From an uncultured Planctomycetia bacterium (GTDB lineage Bacteria > Omnitrophota > Gorgyraeia > 2-02-FULL-51-18), in NCBI GenBank assembly GCA_964606485.1, contig CAZSGP010000001.1, positions 161,085-225,084 of the forward strand: a stretch of DNA of 64,000 nucleotides. Reading direction: 5' to 3'. Positions 10,168 through 19,342 of the stretch are shown one piece after another. A program made the position numbers and the translations under genes. Numbering within the stretch: position 1 is the stretch's first letter; each line of letters begins with the position of its first letter. Under the pieces are notes generated by a model that was not told where the DNA came from, did no database searches, and worked only from the letters and a program-made list of their open reading frames with translations.

Positions 10168-11408
10168 AAATTACTCTTTTAAGTCCTGTGCATCTCTGGG
10201 TCAACCCGAGACTTGTGAAGGAGGCCGATGCGCTGACGGAGGCTGGTCATTCTGTGTGGGTGATTTCTACGCAAAATGATTCCTGGTCCGCGCAAAGAGA
10301 CGCCGAGCTTTACAAACGGAAAAAATGGAAATGGACCGCCATTCGGCTGACGCGGTCGGGACTTTCTGGGCGCTGGCGCTGGTTTAGTTCAGCGCTTAAG
10401 CAAAAATTATTTTTTAAACTCTCTTATTTTTTTCCTTATTCGGTGGGGTTAGCGGAGCGGGCCTATTGTCGGGGTTATTCGGCGCTGCTGAGACAAGCCA
10501 TCGCTTCACGAGCTGATTATTATATTGCTCATACGCAAGCCGTGTTGGGAATTGCCGCGCGTGCCGCTTTAAAAAACGGGGTCCGTTTCGGCTTTGACTG
10601 TGAAGATTTAAATGCGGAGGCCGCGGCCGACGGGGGAGCGGATGCCAGAATTAAGCGAAATATCGAAACGATCGAAAAGCATTGGTTGGCCCGTGCCCAA
10701 ACGGTGACTGCCACCTCTCTTCCGATGGCGGAATATCTTGAAAAAAAATATTCGATCCCGAAGCCCAAAGTGGTGCACAACGTATTTTCACGATCGGAGC
10801 TCAGCGGCATTGAGAAGCCGGCACACCGGCCGATGAATTCAAGTCTCTCGATGGTGTGGATGTCGGCAACGATTGGCCGCGGACGAAACTTGGAAGCCGT
10901 TGTGGGCGCTATGAAAGATCTTCCGAGCACAGTGAAGCTAACGGTTTATGGGCGCTTTATTGATCCCAATTTCGAGAGAGAGCTTAAAAGTTTGGCCGGC
11001 GCCGCGGCCGAAAACCGGATTTTATTTTGCCAGATGCCTTCACCGTGGGACGTCATGAAAACAATTTCTAAACATGATGTCGGTCTGGCTATGGATGACG
11101 GCTCGTGCTTAAATTTAGCGCTGACCGTGTGTAATAAATTTTTTCTTTATCTTCAATGTGGACTCGCAGTGGCAGCTACATCCATCGAAGGCCAAAAAAG
11201 TATATTCAAAGAGACTCCGGGAATCGGTTTTATGGTTGCCTCGAGCGATAGGGAGCGCTTTAAGCAGGCTATTTCGAATTACGCCCGTGACCCACAAAAA
11301 TTGTTAGAGGCTAAATCCTTAGCTTGGGAGGCTGGCCAAACCCGGTTTAATTGGGACCAGGAGAAGATAGGATTTTTGGACAGATTCATAAATGACTATT
11401 CGTTATAA
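10164..11408 (+). CDS. GT-B fold glycosyltransferase
   Basis: N-terminal MKITLLSPVHLWVNPRLVKEADALTEAGHSVWVIS (GT4-like N-domain); C-terminal Rossmann-like half. Confidence 0.55.
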   Translation: MKITLLSPVHLWVNPRLVKEADALTEAGHSVWVISTQNDSWSAQRDAELYKRKKWKWTAIRLTRSGLSGRWRWFSSALKQKLFFKLSYFFPYSVGLAERAYCRGYSALLRQAIASRADYYIAHTQAVLGIAARAALKNGVRFGFDCEDLNAEAAADGGADARIKRNIETIEKHWLARAQTVTATSLPMAEYLEKKYSIPKPKVVHNVFSRSELSGIEKPAHRPMNSSLSMVWMSATIGRGRNLEAVVGAMKDLPSTVKLTVYGRFIDPNFERELKSLAGAAAENRILFCQMPSPWDVMKTISKHDVGLAMDDGSCLNLALTVCNKFFLYLQCGLAVAATSIEGQKSIFKETPGIGFMVASSDRERFKQAISNYARDPQKLLEAKSLAWEAGQTRFNWDQEKIGFLDRFINDYSL

Positions 11409-11440
11409 ATTTTATTCAAAAATTAGTATAATCTTGTCTT

Positions 11441-12466
11441 ATGAGCAATATGATTAAGATAGCGGTGATCGGCTTAGGCCACATAGGCCCTAACCATGTG
11501 CGCGTTTTTTCGCAATGTGAGGGCTGTTCGGTCGAGGCGGTTGTAGATGTGGACGCAAAGCGTCGTGAGCATCTCAAAAAACTCTACCCCCAGATGAACG
11601 TGGTGGCGGACTGTCATGAGGTCATCAGAGACGCTTCGATTGATGCAGTCGTCATCGCAACGCCTACAAGCACTCATTACAGTCTCACAAAAGAGGCTCT
11701 CGAGGCCGGTAAGCACGTCTTTCTTGAAAAACCCATGTGTATTGAAACCCGAGACGCAGAAGCTTTGGTCCGTCTAGCTGCGGAAAAGAAAAAAGCCCTG
11801 GTGCATGGCCACATCGTTCTTTACATCGAGTCGCTTCAATATCTGCGGCAAGCGATCTTAAGAGGCGATTTCGGGAGAATTCAGTACGTGGATACCACTC
11901 GGACCAATCTCGGGCCCATCCGTAACGACATCAATGTCATTCAAGATTTAGCGGCTCACGAGTTTGCGACATTTGATTTTATTTTTGGGGGTCTTCCGAT
12001 TTGGATTTCGGCGGCCTCTAGTCGTCTTTTAGGAACGCCTCGGGAAGATGTGGCTTTTATTTCTATGGCTTTTCCGGGAGATATTTTGGTTCATACTCAT
12101 GTGAGTTGGCTGCATCCGCAAAAAAACCGTCTTTTTACGCTGGTTGGTGATAAGAAAATGGCAGTATGGAATGATATGGATGCCGCTGAGCCCATCAGGG
12201 TATTCGATAAGGGGATTGCCGAAGAACCCTACTATGATACGTTCGGACAATTCCGTTTGTGTTTACGGGATGCGGATATGCATGTCCCCAAATTGCCTCA
12301 ATCCGAACCCTTAAAAGTACAGGCTCAGCGATTTGTAGACCGCATTCGAAACGGGTCACCCACTTTAGCTGAAGCCGAGACCGGTCTTCGGGTGATGAAA
12401 TGTTTGGATGCGACTATGCGGTCGCTCAAAGAAAACGGAAAGCGGATTATTTTGGGAGAAGGCTGA
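11441..12466 (+). CDS. Gfo/Idh/MocA-family NAD-dependent sugar-nucleotide oxidoreductase (WbpB/UDP-GlcNAc 3-dehydrogenase-like)
   Basis: KIAVIGLGHIGPNHVRVF (Rossmann), EKPMCIETRDAEAL (the family's EKP motif). Confidence 0.75.
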   Translation: MSNMIKIAVIGLGHIGPNHVRVFSQCEGCSVEAVVDVDAKRREHLKKLYPQMNVVADCHEVIRDASIDAVVIATPTSTHYSLTKEALEAGKHVFLEKPMCIETRDAEALVRLAAEKKKALVHGHIVLYIESLQYLRQAILRGDFGRIQYVDTTRTNLGPIRNDINVIQDLAAHEFATFDFIFGGLPIWISAASSRLLGTPREDVAFISMAFPGDILVHTHVSWLHPQKNRLFTLVGDKKMAVWNDMDAAEPIRVFDKGIAEEPYYDTFGQFRLCLRDADMHVPKLPQSEPLKVQAQRFVDRIRNGSPTLAEAETGLRVMKCLDATMRSLKENGKRIILGEG

Positions 12467-12951
12467 TGCGTCAGATCCCGGACCGGAAATTTGCGAATGT
12501 GGCCGATGATGTGAAGCTCGGCAACAATGTCGCTATTTTCGAATTTGTAAATCTTTATGGATGTGAGATCGGCGATGATAGCCGCATCGGTGCATTTGTC
12601 GAAATTACGGCCGGAGCGAAAATTGGACCGCGAGTGCGGGTACAAAGCCATAGTTTTATTTGCGGCGCCGTCACAATCGAAAGCGATGTTTTTATCGGCC
12701 ACAGCGTCACTTTTATCAATGATCGGTATCCAACCGAAAAAAAGTCCCGGGAAAAAACCTGGACGCAAGAGAATACACTTGTCAAAAAGGGCGCAACCAT
12801 TGGATCGGGTTCTACGATTCTTTGTGGTGTCACCATCGGCGAAAACTCGATGGTGGGAGCGGGAAGTGTCGTTACGCGTGACGTGCCGGATCTTGCGGTG
12901 GTTGCCGGAAACCCGGCCAAAATTATTCGAAAACTCTCAAAACCCCTATGA
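12466..12951 (+). CDS. Left-handed beta-helix (hexapeptide) N-acetyltransferase, WbpD/PglD-like
   Basis: Hexapeptide repeats IGDDSRIGAFVEITAGAKIGPRVRVQSHSFICGAVTIESDVFIGHSV. I prefer the start at 12466 (ATGA overlap with the upstream stop) over the upstream in-frame ATG at 12400. Confidence 0.75.
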   Translation: MRQIPDRKFANVADDVKLGNNVAIFEFVNLYGCEIGDDSRIGAFVEITAGAKIGPRVRVQSHSFICGAVTIESDVFIGHSVTFINDRYPTEKKSREKTWTQENTLVKKGATIGSGSTILCGVTIGENSMVGAGSVVTRDVPDLAVVAGNPAKIIRKLSKPL

Positions 12952-13934
12952 ACCAAAATATTTTAATTACAGGCGGCGCCGGATTTATTGGAAGTCATCT
13001 AGCGGACTATCATATCCAAAAAGGGAACCGAGTTCATATTATCGATGATCTTTCGACCGGTAGTTTCAAAAATGTAGAGCATTTAAAGCCGCACGCCCAT
13101 TTTAGTTATACCCTGGATACCATTAACAATCTCCAGATCACCGCGGAACTTGTCGACAATGCGGATATTGTGTATCACCTTTCAGCGGCTGTGGGCGTTA
13201 AGCTTATCGTTGAGTCTCCGGTTCGAACGCTTCAAACCAATATAGGCGGAACCGAAATTATTTTAGATTTGTGCGCAAAAAAAAGAAAAAAACTACTCAT
13301 CGCCAGCAGTAGTGAGGTTTACGGCAAATCCAAGGACATCCCATTTCATGAGGATGGGGATATTGTCTTGGGGCCGACCAATATCGGCCGGTGGGCTTAC
13401 GCGTCGAGCAAAGCGATTGATGAATTTCTAGCGATTGCTTATTTCAGAGAAAAAAAATGCCCCGTCGTCCTAGCTCGTTTTTTTAATACGATCGGCCCGC
13501 GTCAATCCGGCCAGTACGGCATGGTGGTGCCTCGATTTGTCGAAGCCGCACTCAGCGGCGAGGATTTATTGGTTTACGGCGACGGGAAGCAGTCTCGGTG
13601 TTTTACTCACGTCAAAGATGTTGTGGCGATCAGCTCTAAGCTTATGGAGAATGACCGTGCCGCGGGCGAAGTCTTTAACGTGGGCTCGAGCGAAGAGATC
13701 ACGGTGATGGATTTAGCAAAAAAAATTATATCTCTTTGCGGTTCTACGAGTCGTATAAGATCTATTTCTTATGAGGAAGCCTACGGAAAAGGTTTTGAGG
13801 ATATGGTCCGGCGAGTGCCTAGTCAGGAAAAGATCAAAACATTTCTGGGAATTTATCCGCAGACGAGCCTAGACGAAACGCTTAAGGATGTCATCGCGTT
13901 TCATACCCGGCATCGTCTATCCGCGAATGCATAA
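12948..13934 (+). CDS. SDR-family NAD-dependent nucleotide-sugar epimerase/dehydratase
   Basis: ILITGGAGFIGSHL (GxxGxxG), YASSKAIDE (catalytic YxxxK). Confidence 0.8.
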   Translation: MNQNILITGGAGFIGSHLADYHIQKGNRVHIIDDLSTGSFKNVEHLKPHAHFSYTLDTINNLQITAELVDNADIVYHLSAAVGVKLIVESPVRTLQTNIGGTEIILDLCAKKRKKLLIASSSEVYGKSKDIPFHEDGDIVLGPTNIGRWAYASSKAIDEFLAIAYFREKKCPVVLARFFNTIGPRQSGQYGMVVPRFVEAALSGEDLLVYGDGKQSRCFTHVKDVVAISSKLMENDRAAGEVFNVGSSEEITVMDLAKKIISLCGSTSRIRSISYEEAYGKGFEDMVRRVPSQEKIKTFLGIYPQTSLDETLKDVIAFHTRHRLSANA

Positions 13935-15210
13935 CGTTTTACTAATCGCCCCTTCTTTTTCGCCGTCTAGTTATCCGCCGGCGCTTCGGAATCGTTTATT
14001 TTGTCTGCACCTTAAATCTTTCGGTTGGAACCCGGTTGTCTTGACGGTTGAAACACGATTTTCGGAAGAGCCCTCGGACCCAATCTTCGAAAAAATGATA
14101 CCCGCCGATCTGGAAATTATTCGCACGAAAGCTATCCCGTACCAGTGGACTCGCTTGCTAGGCGTGGGTGATCTGGGACTGCGCTCGTTCTGGAGTCTTT
14201 ACCGCGCCGCGAGCCGCCTGATTCAACAGCGTAAGATTCGCACCGTTTTTATTTCGAGTCCCCCTTGGTATATATTTTTAATCGGAACGCTTCTAAAAAA
14301 GAAGTTTGGCATAAAATTGGTATTAGACTACATCGACCCTTGGGTGGTGGAGAGGGACAGGTTGGCGCCCATATTTTCTAAACGGTATGGCGCTGGTTTT
14401 TTAGCTCGAAGGCTGGATCCGATAGCCGTGAGAAGTGCCGACGCGGTGATTTCTGTATCAGAAAATATTAACGAAACGTTGAAAAATTTATATCCTGAAA
14501 GCGCTCACAAAATTAAGGCCGCCATTCCCTACGGAGTGGAGCTGGAGGACAGTCGTTGGGTTAAAAAGAATCTCAATAATATTTCGGTCTGGCCAAATGA
14601 AAGCCGCAAGATTCACATTGTATATGCGGGGGTTGTTTGGCCTGGGCTCTTACCGGTTTTAGAGATTCTTTTCGAGTCTCTCGCGAAAGTCAAAGCGCGC
14701 AATCCATCTGCTTATCAAATGGGTGCGTGGCATTTTTTTGGCACGTCCTATGCAAGAAATGCCAGCCCCCAAGTTGCGCCGATCGCTGATCGCTTTGGGG
14801 TGAGTGAAGTGGTTCACGAAGAGACGGGTCGCCTGTCTTACCCCATGGCGTTAGCGGTATTAGCCAAAGCCGATATCTTACTGGCGCTAGGTTCTGCGGA
14901 TCCGCACTACGCTTCTTCAAAAATTTATTCCTGCTTAGCCTCCGGTCGCCCTATCTTCGGCCTATACGATAGGCGCAGCTCAGCGGCGGCGGTTCTAGAA
15001 AAGATTCCGGCGGTTCGCCTCATTCGGTTTGATGGGGAGGCGGACCTGAAAAACCTTGTCGAATCTATCTCGACCCAGATAGAAAATTTTGAGTCGCTCG
15101 CGCGTCAGGACATTAAAATTGATGATTCCGTTTTGGAAGCCCGCAGTGCAAAAACAATGACCGCCGAGCTTGTGAAAGTTTTTGAACTTCTTCAAGGCGA
15201 CCCAGTATGA
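13927..15210 (+). CDS. GT-B fold glycosyltransferase (GT4-like)
   Basis: MHNVLLIAPSFSPSSYP... N-domain and a Rossmann-like C-domain. I prefer the start at 13927 (8-nt overlap) over the in-frame ATG at 13888. Confidence 0.5.
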   Translation: MHNVLLIAPSFSPSSYPPALRNRLFCLHLKSFGWNPVVLTVETRFSEEPSDPIFEKMIPADLEIIRTKAIPYQWTRLLGVGDLGLRSFWSLYRAASRLIQQRKIRTVFISSPPWYIFLIGTLLKKKFGIKLVLDYIDPWVVERDRLAPIFSKRYGAGFLARRLDPIAVRSADAVISVSENINETLKNLYPESAHKIKAAIPYGVELEDSRWVKKNLNNISVWPNESRKIHIVYAGVVWPGLLPVLEILFESLAKVKARNPSAYQMGAWHFFGTSYARNASPQVAPIADRFGVSEVVHEETGRLSYPMALAVLAKADILLALGSADPHYASSKIYSCLASGRPIFGLYDRRSSAAAVLEKIPAVRLIRFDGEADLKNLVESISTQIENFESLARQDIKIDDSVLEARSAKTMTAELVKVFELLQGDPV

Positions 15211-15968
15211 AAAACGGTCTTATAAAGCGCTGTCTCACAGCGCGCGTTTTTAAATTGGGCTCAATCTGGAGGATTTGGTTTGGATTATGCCGCGGAATGA
15301 AGATCAGAATATCACCGTCGATGGGGCGATCCGTTTTAAAGGGATACGAAAATAGAAGCCAGCGGTTTTTGCGCGGAAAAATCCGTAAAGGAATGACGGT
15401 CTACGATATCGGCGCCAGCGCCGGCCACTACGGCTTATTTTTCGGCGCCCAAGTCGGTAGTAAGGGTCGTGTGATTTGTTTTGAACCGGTTCCCGCGGTT
15501 TTCGAAGAGCTTATTTTTAATATTCGGCTGAATGGATTGAGTCATGTCACTGGTTATCCTTACGCTTTGGGGGATCGCGACGGCAGAGAAACCTTTCAAC
15601 TGGATCCCGATTTTCAAACTATGGGAAAAATTAGCCGCGTTGAACCGACTTTTAAAATTCCGAATCCTACGGATCTTTTGGTGGAGATGCGTCGCCTGGA
15701 TTCCCTGAAGGCTATTTTAGCTCCACCGGATCTTTTAAAAATTGATACGGAAGGATCTGCGGGCTTGATCTTAGAGGGTGCAAAGGAAATGATTAGGCTA
15801 CATAAACCCCGACTGTTTATTGAGTTTCATGGTCCAGAGGAAAGAAGAAGCGTCTCCAGCGTGCTCAAAGAGCTCGGTTACGTGGTTCAAGATATGGACG
15901 GCCACCCGGCTGAGGACATGGTTCTAGAAAAAATAACGCCCATTTGGTGTTTTAAGCGCGATGAATAA
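15207..15968 (+). CDS. FkbM-family methyltransferase (copy 3)
   Basis: YDIGASAGHYGLFF and LKIDTEGSAGLIL. Confidence 0.8.
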   Translation: MKNGLIKRCLTARVFKLGSIWRIWFGLCRGMKIRISPSMGRSVLKGYENRSQRFLRGKIRKGMTVYDIGASAGHYGLFFGAQVGSKGRVICFEPVPAVFEELIFNIRLNGLSHVTGYPYALGDRDGRETFQLDPDFQTMGKISRVEPTFKIPNPTDLLVEMRRLDSLKAILAPPDLLKIDTEGSAGLILEGAKEMIRLHKPRLFIEFHGPEERRSVSSVLKELGYVVQDMDGHPAEDMVLEKITPIWCFKRDE

Positions 15969-17085
15969 GTTTAAACTGGGTATTTTTGCAACCCACCCCA
16001 TTCAGTATTACGCGCCGATTTTTCGTGAGCTGTCCAGCCGATCAATTATCGAGACAACCGTATTTTATGACAGATATCCAAATGACAAAGAGCAGGGTTT
16101 AGGTTTTGGGATCCCGTTTCAATGGGATGTAGATCTTCTTTCAGGGTATCGACACTTGGTTTTATCAAAACCGTTTAAATCAGCGATCTCGGATACCTCT
16201 TTGGACGCGTGCCTCTTAATGGGTTGGGGTGATCCCTTTTATCGAAAGCTTATCGCCGCCAGCAGAGCACCGGAGAAGCCACTTATGGTGAGGGGGGACT
16301 CTCATTTAAGGACCCCGGGTTCTTCTATAAAAAAAATTGTGAGGGAAGTGACGCATCGGCGTTTGTTTCGTCGCTTTACAGCGTGCTTAGCGGTTGGTGC
16401 GTTGTCTAATGAGTATTTTCGTCATTTTGGAGCCACCCATATTGTGAGAAGTCCGCACTGCGTAGACAATGAATGGTTTTTTAGAATGTCTCAAGAAGCC
16501 CAAAAAACCGCTCAAGGCAAAAGGGCGAGGCTTGGCATCGAAAAAGATGCGGTCGTTTTTTTATTTGCTGGAAAATTTCAGAGTGTTAAGAGAATTATGG
16601 ATTTTTTAAAAGCCATTCAAATTTTGAATGCGGATTCCACGCTAAAGAATCGTTTTTTTGGTCTTTTGGTGGGGGATGGAAGCTTAAAAAAAGAATATGA
16701 AAATTTCGTAAAATCAAATCATCTACCGGTTTTCTTTCTAGGATTTTATAATCAGTCACAAATGCCCGAAGCCTACGCCATGTCCAATGTTTTGGTGCTG
16801 CCGTCCGAATCGGAAACATGGGGGCTTGTGGTGAATGAAGCGATGGCTTGTGGACTGCCGGTGATTGTTTCCGACGGAGTGGGGTGTGCCGCAGATTTAA
16901 TTGCGGAGGGTGTGACCGGATTTACTTTTCCAAAAGGAAATATAAAAGCGCTTTCAGAGCGCATGCGTCAAATGATTCGGCTAGCGCCTCAATCAATGAA
17001 AGCGAAGGTGATGCAAAAAATTTCTCTTTATTCTCCGACACATGCTGCTGCCGGCATTGAGGAGGCTGCGCTCTCATGCCGATAA
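15961..17085 (+). CDS. GT4-family glycosyltransferase
   Basis: VLPSESETWGLVVNEAMACGLPVIVSD (GT4 E-x7-E signature region). Confidence 0.8.
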   Translation: MNKFKLGIFATHPIQYYAPIFRELSSRSIIETTVFYDRYPNDKEQGLGFGIPFQWDVDLLSGYRHLVLSKPFKSAISDTSLDACLLMGWGDPFYRKLIAASRAPEKPLMVRGDSHLRTPGSSIKKIVREVTHRRLFRRFTACLAVGALSNEYFRHFGATHIVRSPHCVDNEWFFRMSQEAQKTAQGKRARLGIEKDAVVFLFAGKFQSVKRIMDFLKAIQILNADSTLKNRFFGLLVGDGSLKKEYENFVKSNHLPVFFLGFYNQSQMPEAYAMSNVLVLPSESETWGLVVNEAMACGLPVIVSDGVGCAADLIAEGVTGFTFPKGNIKALSERMRQMIRLAPQSMKAKVMQKISLYSPTHAAAGIEEAALSCR

Positions 17086-18500
17086 ATCCCGTCGGCCCCA
17101 AGCCTAGGGGCGGCTACTTTTTTGGAATGACGCCGATTGAGGCGACGATTTCGTTTATTGTGGCTATTTTAGGAGGGTTTGTTCTTGAGAATTTATTTCC
17201 CACGAGATCCTGGTGGGCTTTGACAGGCATTATCTTTAGTTTTTTTGTGCTCGGCCACATGTATTTTACCTCAACTCGTTTTATCGTTCTGCCGGAGTTT
17301 ATTACGCTGATCGCCTGTGTAAATTGGGTGGTGGCTCCGTGGTTAGCCTATTTTTACCCGCCTGGTTTTACCGAGTTTAGAATGGTTATCCCAATGAGTG
17401 AATATCTTTCCTTCACCGTTCCTTGCGTGATGGCGCTATGGTTAGGGCTGCACTTGCCCTTGCGTTACCGCGGAATCATCGGCTCTCGAATGGTGATTCC
17501 GGTGGTGTCCCGCAGGGCCTATTTTTTGATCGACCTGGTCATTTTATTCAGCCTTATTCTATCGGCAAGCTCTCATCACTTGCCTCGGATACTTTCGTTT
17601 TTATATTACGTGGTTGCGAATCTACGATTTGTATGCGTGTTTATTTTGATGTTTTTATCGGCCCGAGGCTGGCCGCTAAGAGCTGCGGTGGTGTATATCA
17701 GCTTGTTTTCAGAATCAGCCTCAGGCGGCGTTTTTTATGAATCCATTATGTGGCTTGGATACATGATGATCTGCGTGGCTTACACGCATAAGTGGCGCTT
17801 AAGATTAATTGCTGCGCTCATCATTGCTTTTTGGGCTGTTACAACGCTCAATGTAGTGAAGATGGGATACCGTGAGATTATCGGAGAGAAAAAATACACG
17901 CAAATTCAGAAACTTTCACTACTTGGACAAATGATGGTGGGTCAGGTGACCAACGACCGCCACTGGAAAACGGAGGTTGTGTTTGGTGATAAGCTCGTGC
18001 GATGGAATCAGGGTTGGATTATTGCGCGCGTGATGGCAACGGTTCCGACGGTTGAACCCTACGCGCAAGGCGAAACCATTTATACCGCCATCGGCGCTTC
18101 GATTCTGCCACGCATTTTTTCACCCAATAAGGTCACCGCAGCATCCAAGGAGGTTTTTGAAAAATACACGGATATTCGATTATCCGAAGGAACTTCAATG
18201 GCGCTAGGAACCGCCGGAGAGTTTTACGCTAATTTCGGAAAGATGGGCGGAATTATCGCTGTTGGTATCTACGGCTGGGTCATTGGTTTTGCTTTTTCGC
18301 AGTTTGCGAGATTTTCGCGCAGCAATGCACTCTGGTGGGCTTGGGTGCCATTTGTGATGTTTTCTGCCCTTGTTTGTGAGTGGAATCTAGCGGATATTTT
18401 AAATCACATCATCAAATCGCTTGTTGTGATGGTGTTGGCGGTCAAAATGCTTCCGGTGTTTCAAAAATACCTTTTTCCAAAGGTTCCCCGTGTTTCATGA
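17076..18500 (+). CDS. Polytopic membrane protein, candidate repeat-unit polymerase (Wzy/EpsG-like)
   Basis: About 10-12 hydrophobic segments with a large central extracytoplasmic loop. No catalytic motif recognised, so the call rests on topology and context only. Confidence 0.4.
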   Translation: MPINPVGPKPRGGYFFGMTPIEATISFIVAILGGFVLENLFPTRSWWALTGIIFSFFVLGHMYFTSTRFIVLPEFITLIACVNWVVAPWLAYFYPPGFTEFRMVIPMSEYLSFTVPCVMALWLGLHLPLRYRGIIGSRMVIPVVSRRAYFLIDLVILFSLILSASSHHLPRILSFLYYVVANLRFVCVFILMFLSARGWPLRAAVVYISLFSESASGGVFYESIMWLGYMMICVAYTHKWRLRLIAALIIAFWAVTTLNVVKMGYREIIGEKKYTQIQKLSLLGQMMVGQVTNDRHWKTEVVFGDKLVRWNQGWIIARVMATVPTVEPYAQGETIYTAIGASILPRIFSPNKVTAASKEVFEKYTDIRLSEGTSMALGTAGEFYANFGKMGGIIAVGIYGWVIGFAFSQFARFSRSNALWWAWVPFVMFSALVCEWNLADILNHIIKSLVVMVLAVKMLPVFQKYLFPKVPRVS

Positions 18501-19342
18501 GTGACTTTACGGGCATAAAAAAGCTACCGTTTGATTTGCAGTGTTTTCAAAAGCTGGATTTTCCAAGAAAGCTTGGGCTTGGGGAGAAGCTTTTTTCACG
18601 ACGGCTATCCCGGTGGGGAATTGTCCCGGTTCAAACGGGCGCAGGTATTCCCTGGAAGTTGGACTTAAGAAATTCCACGCATCGGTGGATTTTGTACGGC
18701 AGTTATGATCCTAGTTTTTTAAAATGGGCCAAAAAATTTTTGCCGGCGAATGGTGTGGTGGTGGATTCGGGTGCCAATATCGGCCAGACCGTGATGTATC
18801 TGGGTCAAGCCGTTAAAGGTGGAAAGCTATTTGCGTTTGAGCCGGGCAAAAAGCAGGCTGACTGGCTAACGGAATGCGTGCAACGCAATTTAACCGCACT
18901 GCCCGGGGTGGAAGTCGTTCGATGTGCTTTAGGGGATCACGAAACGGATTTATATTTAAATGACACATGGGTTTCCGAGCGTTTCCACGGAGGCTCAAGT
19001 CAGATTTCCGACACTACTGGTGAACGCGTTCAGGTGCTGAGGCTTGGGGATTTCTTGGAGAAGAGAGGGATTGAAAGCATTGATCTTTGGAAGTTAGATG
19101 TCGAAGGCTATGAGCTTCAGGCGTTAAGGGGAGCCGAGGCCCTGCTAAAGGCAGGTCGAATTCGGGCGTTGTACGTCGAGCTTTTTCGTCAAGAAGGGGA
19201 AGCTTACTACCAGAACGGAGTGGAGATTCGAAGATATCTTCAACAATTTGGGTACCGGCCGTGGGTTTTTAAAAAATATTGCGCTGTTCCGCAATTAGAG
19301 AGAGATACTTCCTTGGCTGCAGACGGGTTATTTTTGCGTTAA
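18497..19342 (+). CDS. FkbM-family methyltransferase (copy 4)
   Basis: VVDSGANIGQTVMYLG and WKLDVEGYELQAL. I prefer the start at 18497 (ATGA overlap) over the in-frame ATG at 18380, which would overlap the membrane-protein gene by 120 nt. Confidence 0.8.
   Translation: MSDFTGIKKLPFDLQCFQKLDFPRKLGLGEKLFSRRLSRWGIVPVQTGAGIPWKLDLRNSTHRWILYGSYDPSFLKWAKKFLPANGVVVDSGANIGQTVMYLGQAVKGGKLFAFEPGKKQADWLTECVQRNLTALPGVEVVRCALGDHETDLYLNDTWVSERFHGGSSQISDTTGERVQVLRLGDFLEKRGIESIDLWKLDVEGYELQALRGAEALLKAGRIRALYVELFRQEGEAYYQNGVEIRRYLQQFGYRPWVFKKYCAVPQLERDTSLAADGLFLR

Noticed and set aside
12400-12466. Upstream in-frame ATGs for three genes (12400, 13888, 18380) giving longer ORFs
   Set aside because: They would create 60-120-nt overlaps with the preceding genes. 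The downstream ATGs (12466, 13927, 18497) sit in the ATGA/short-overlap pattern used throughout the locus, and the N-terminal family motifs begin just after them.
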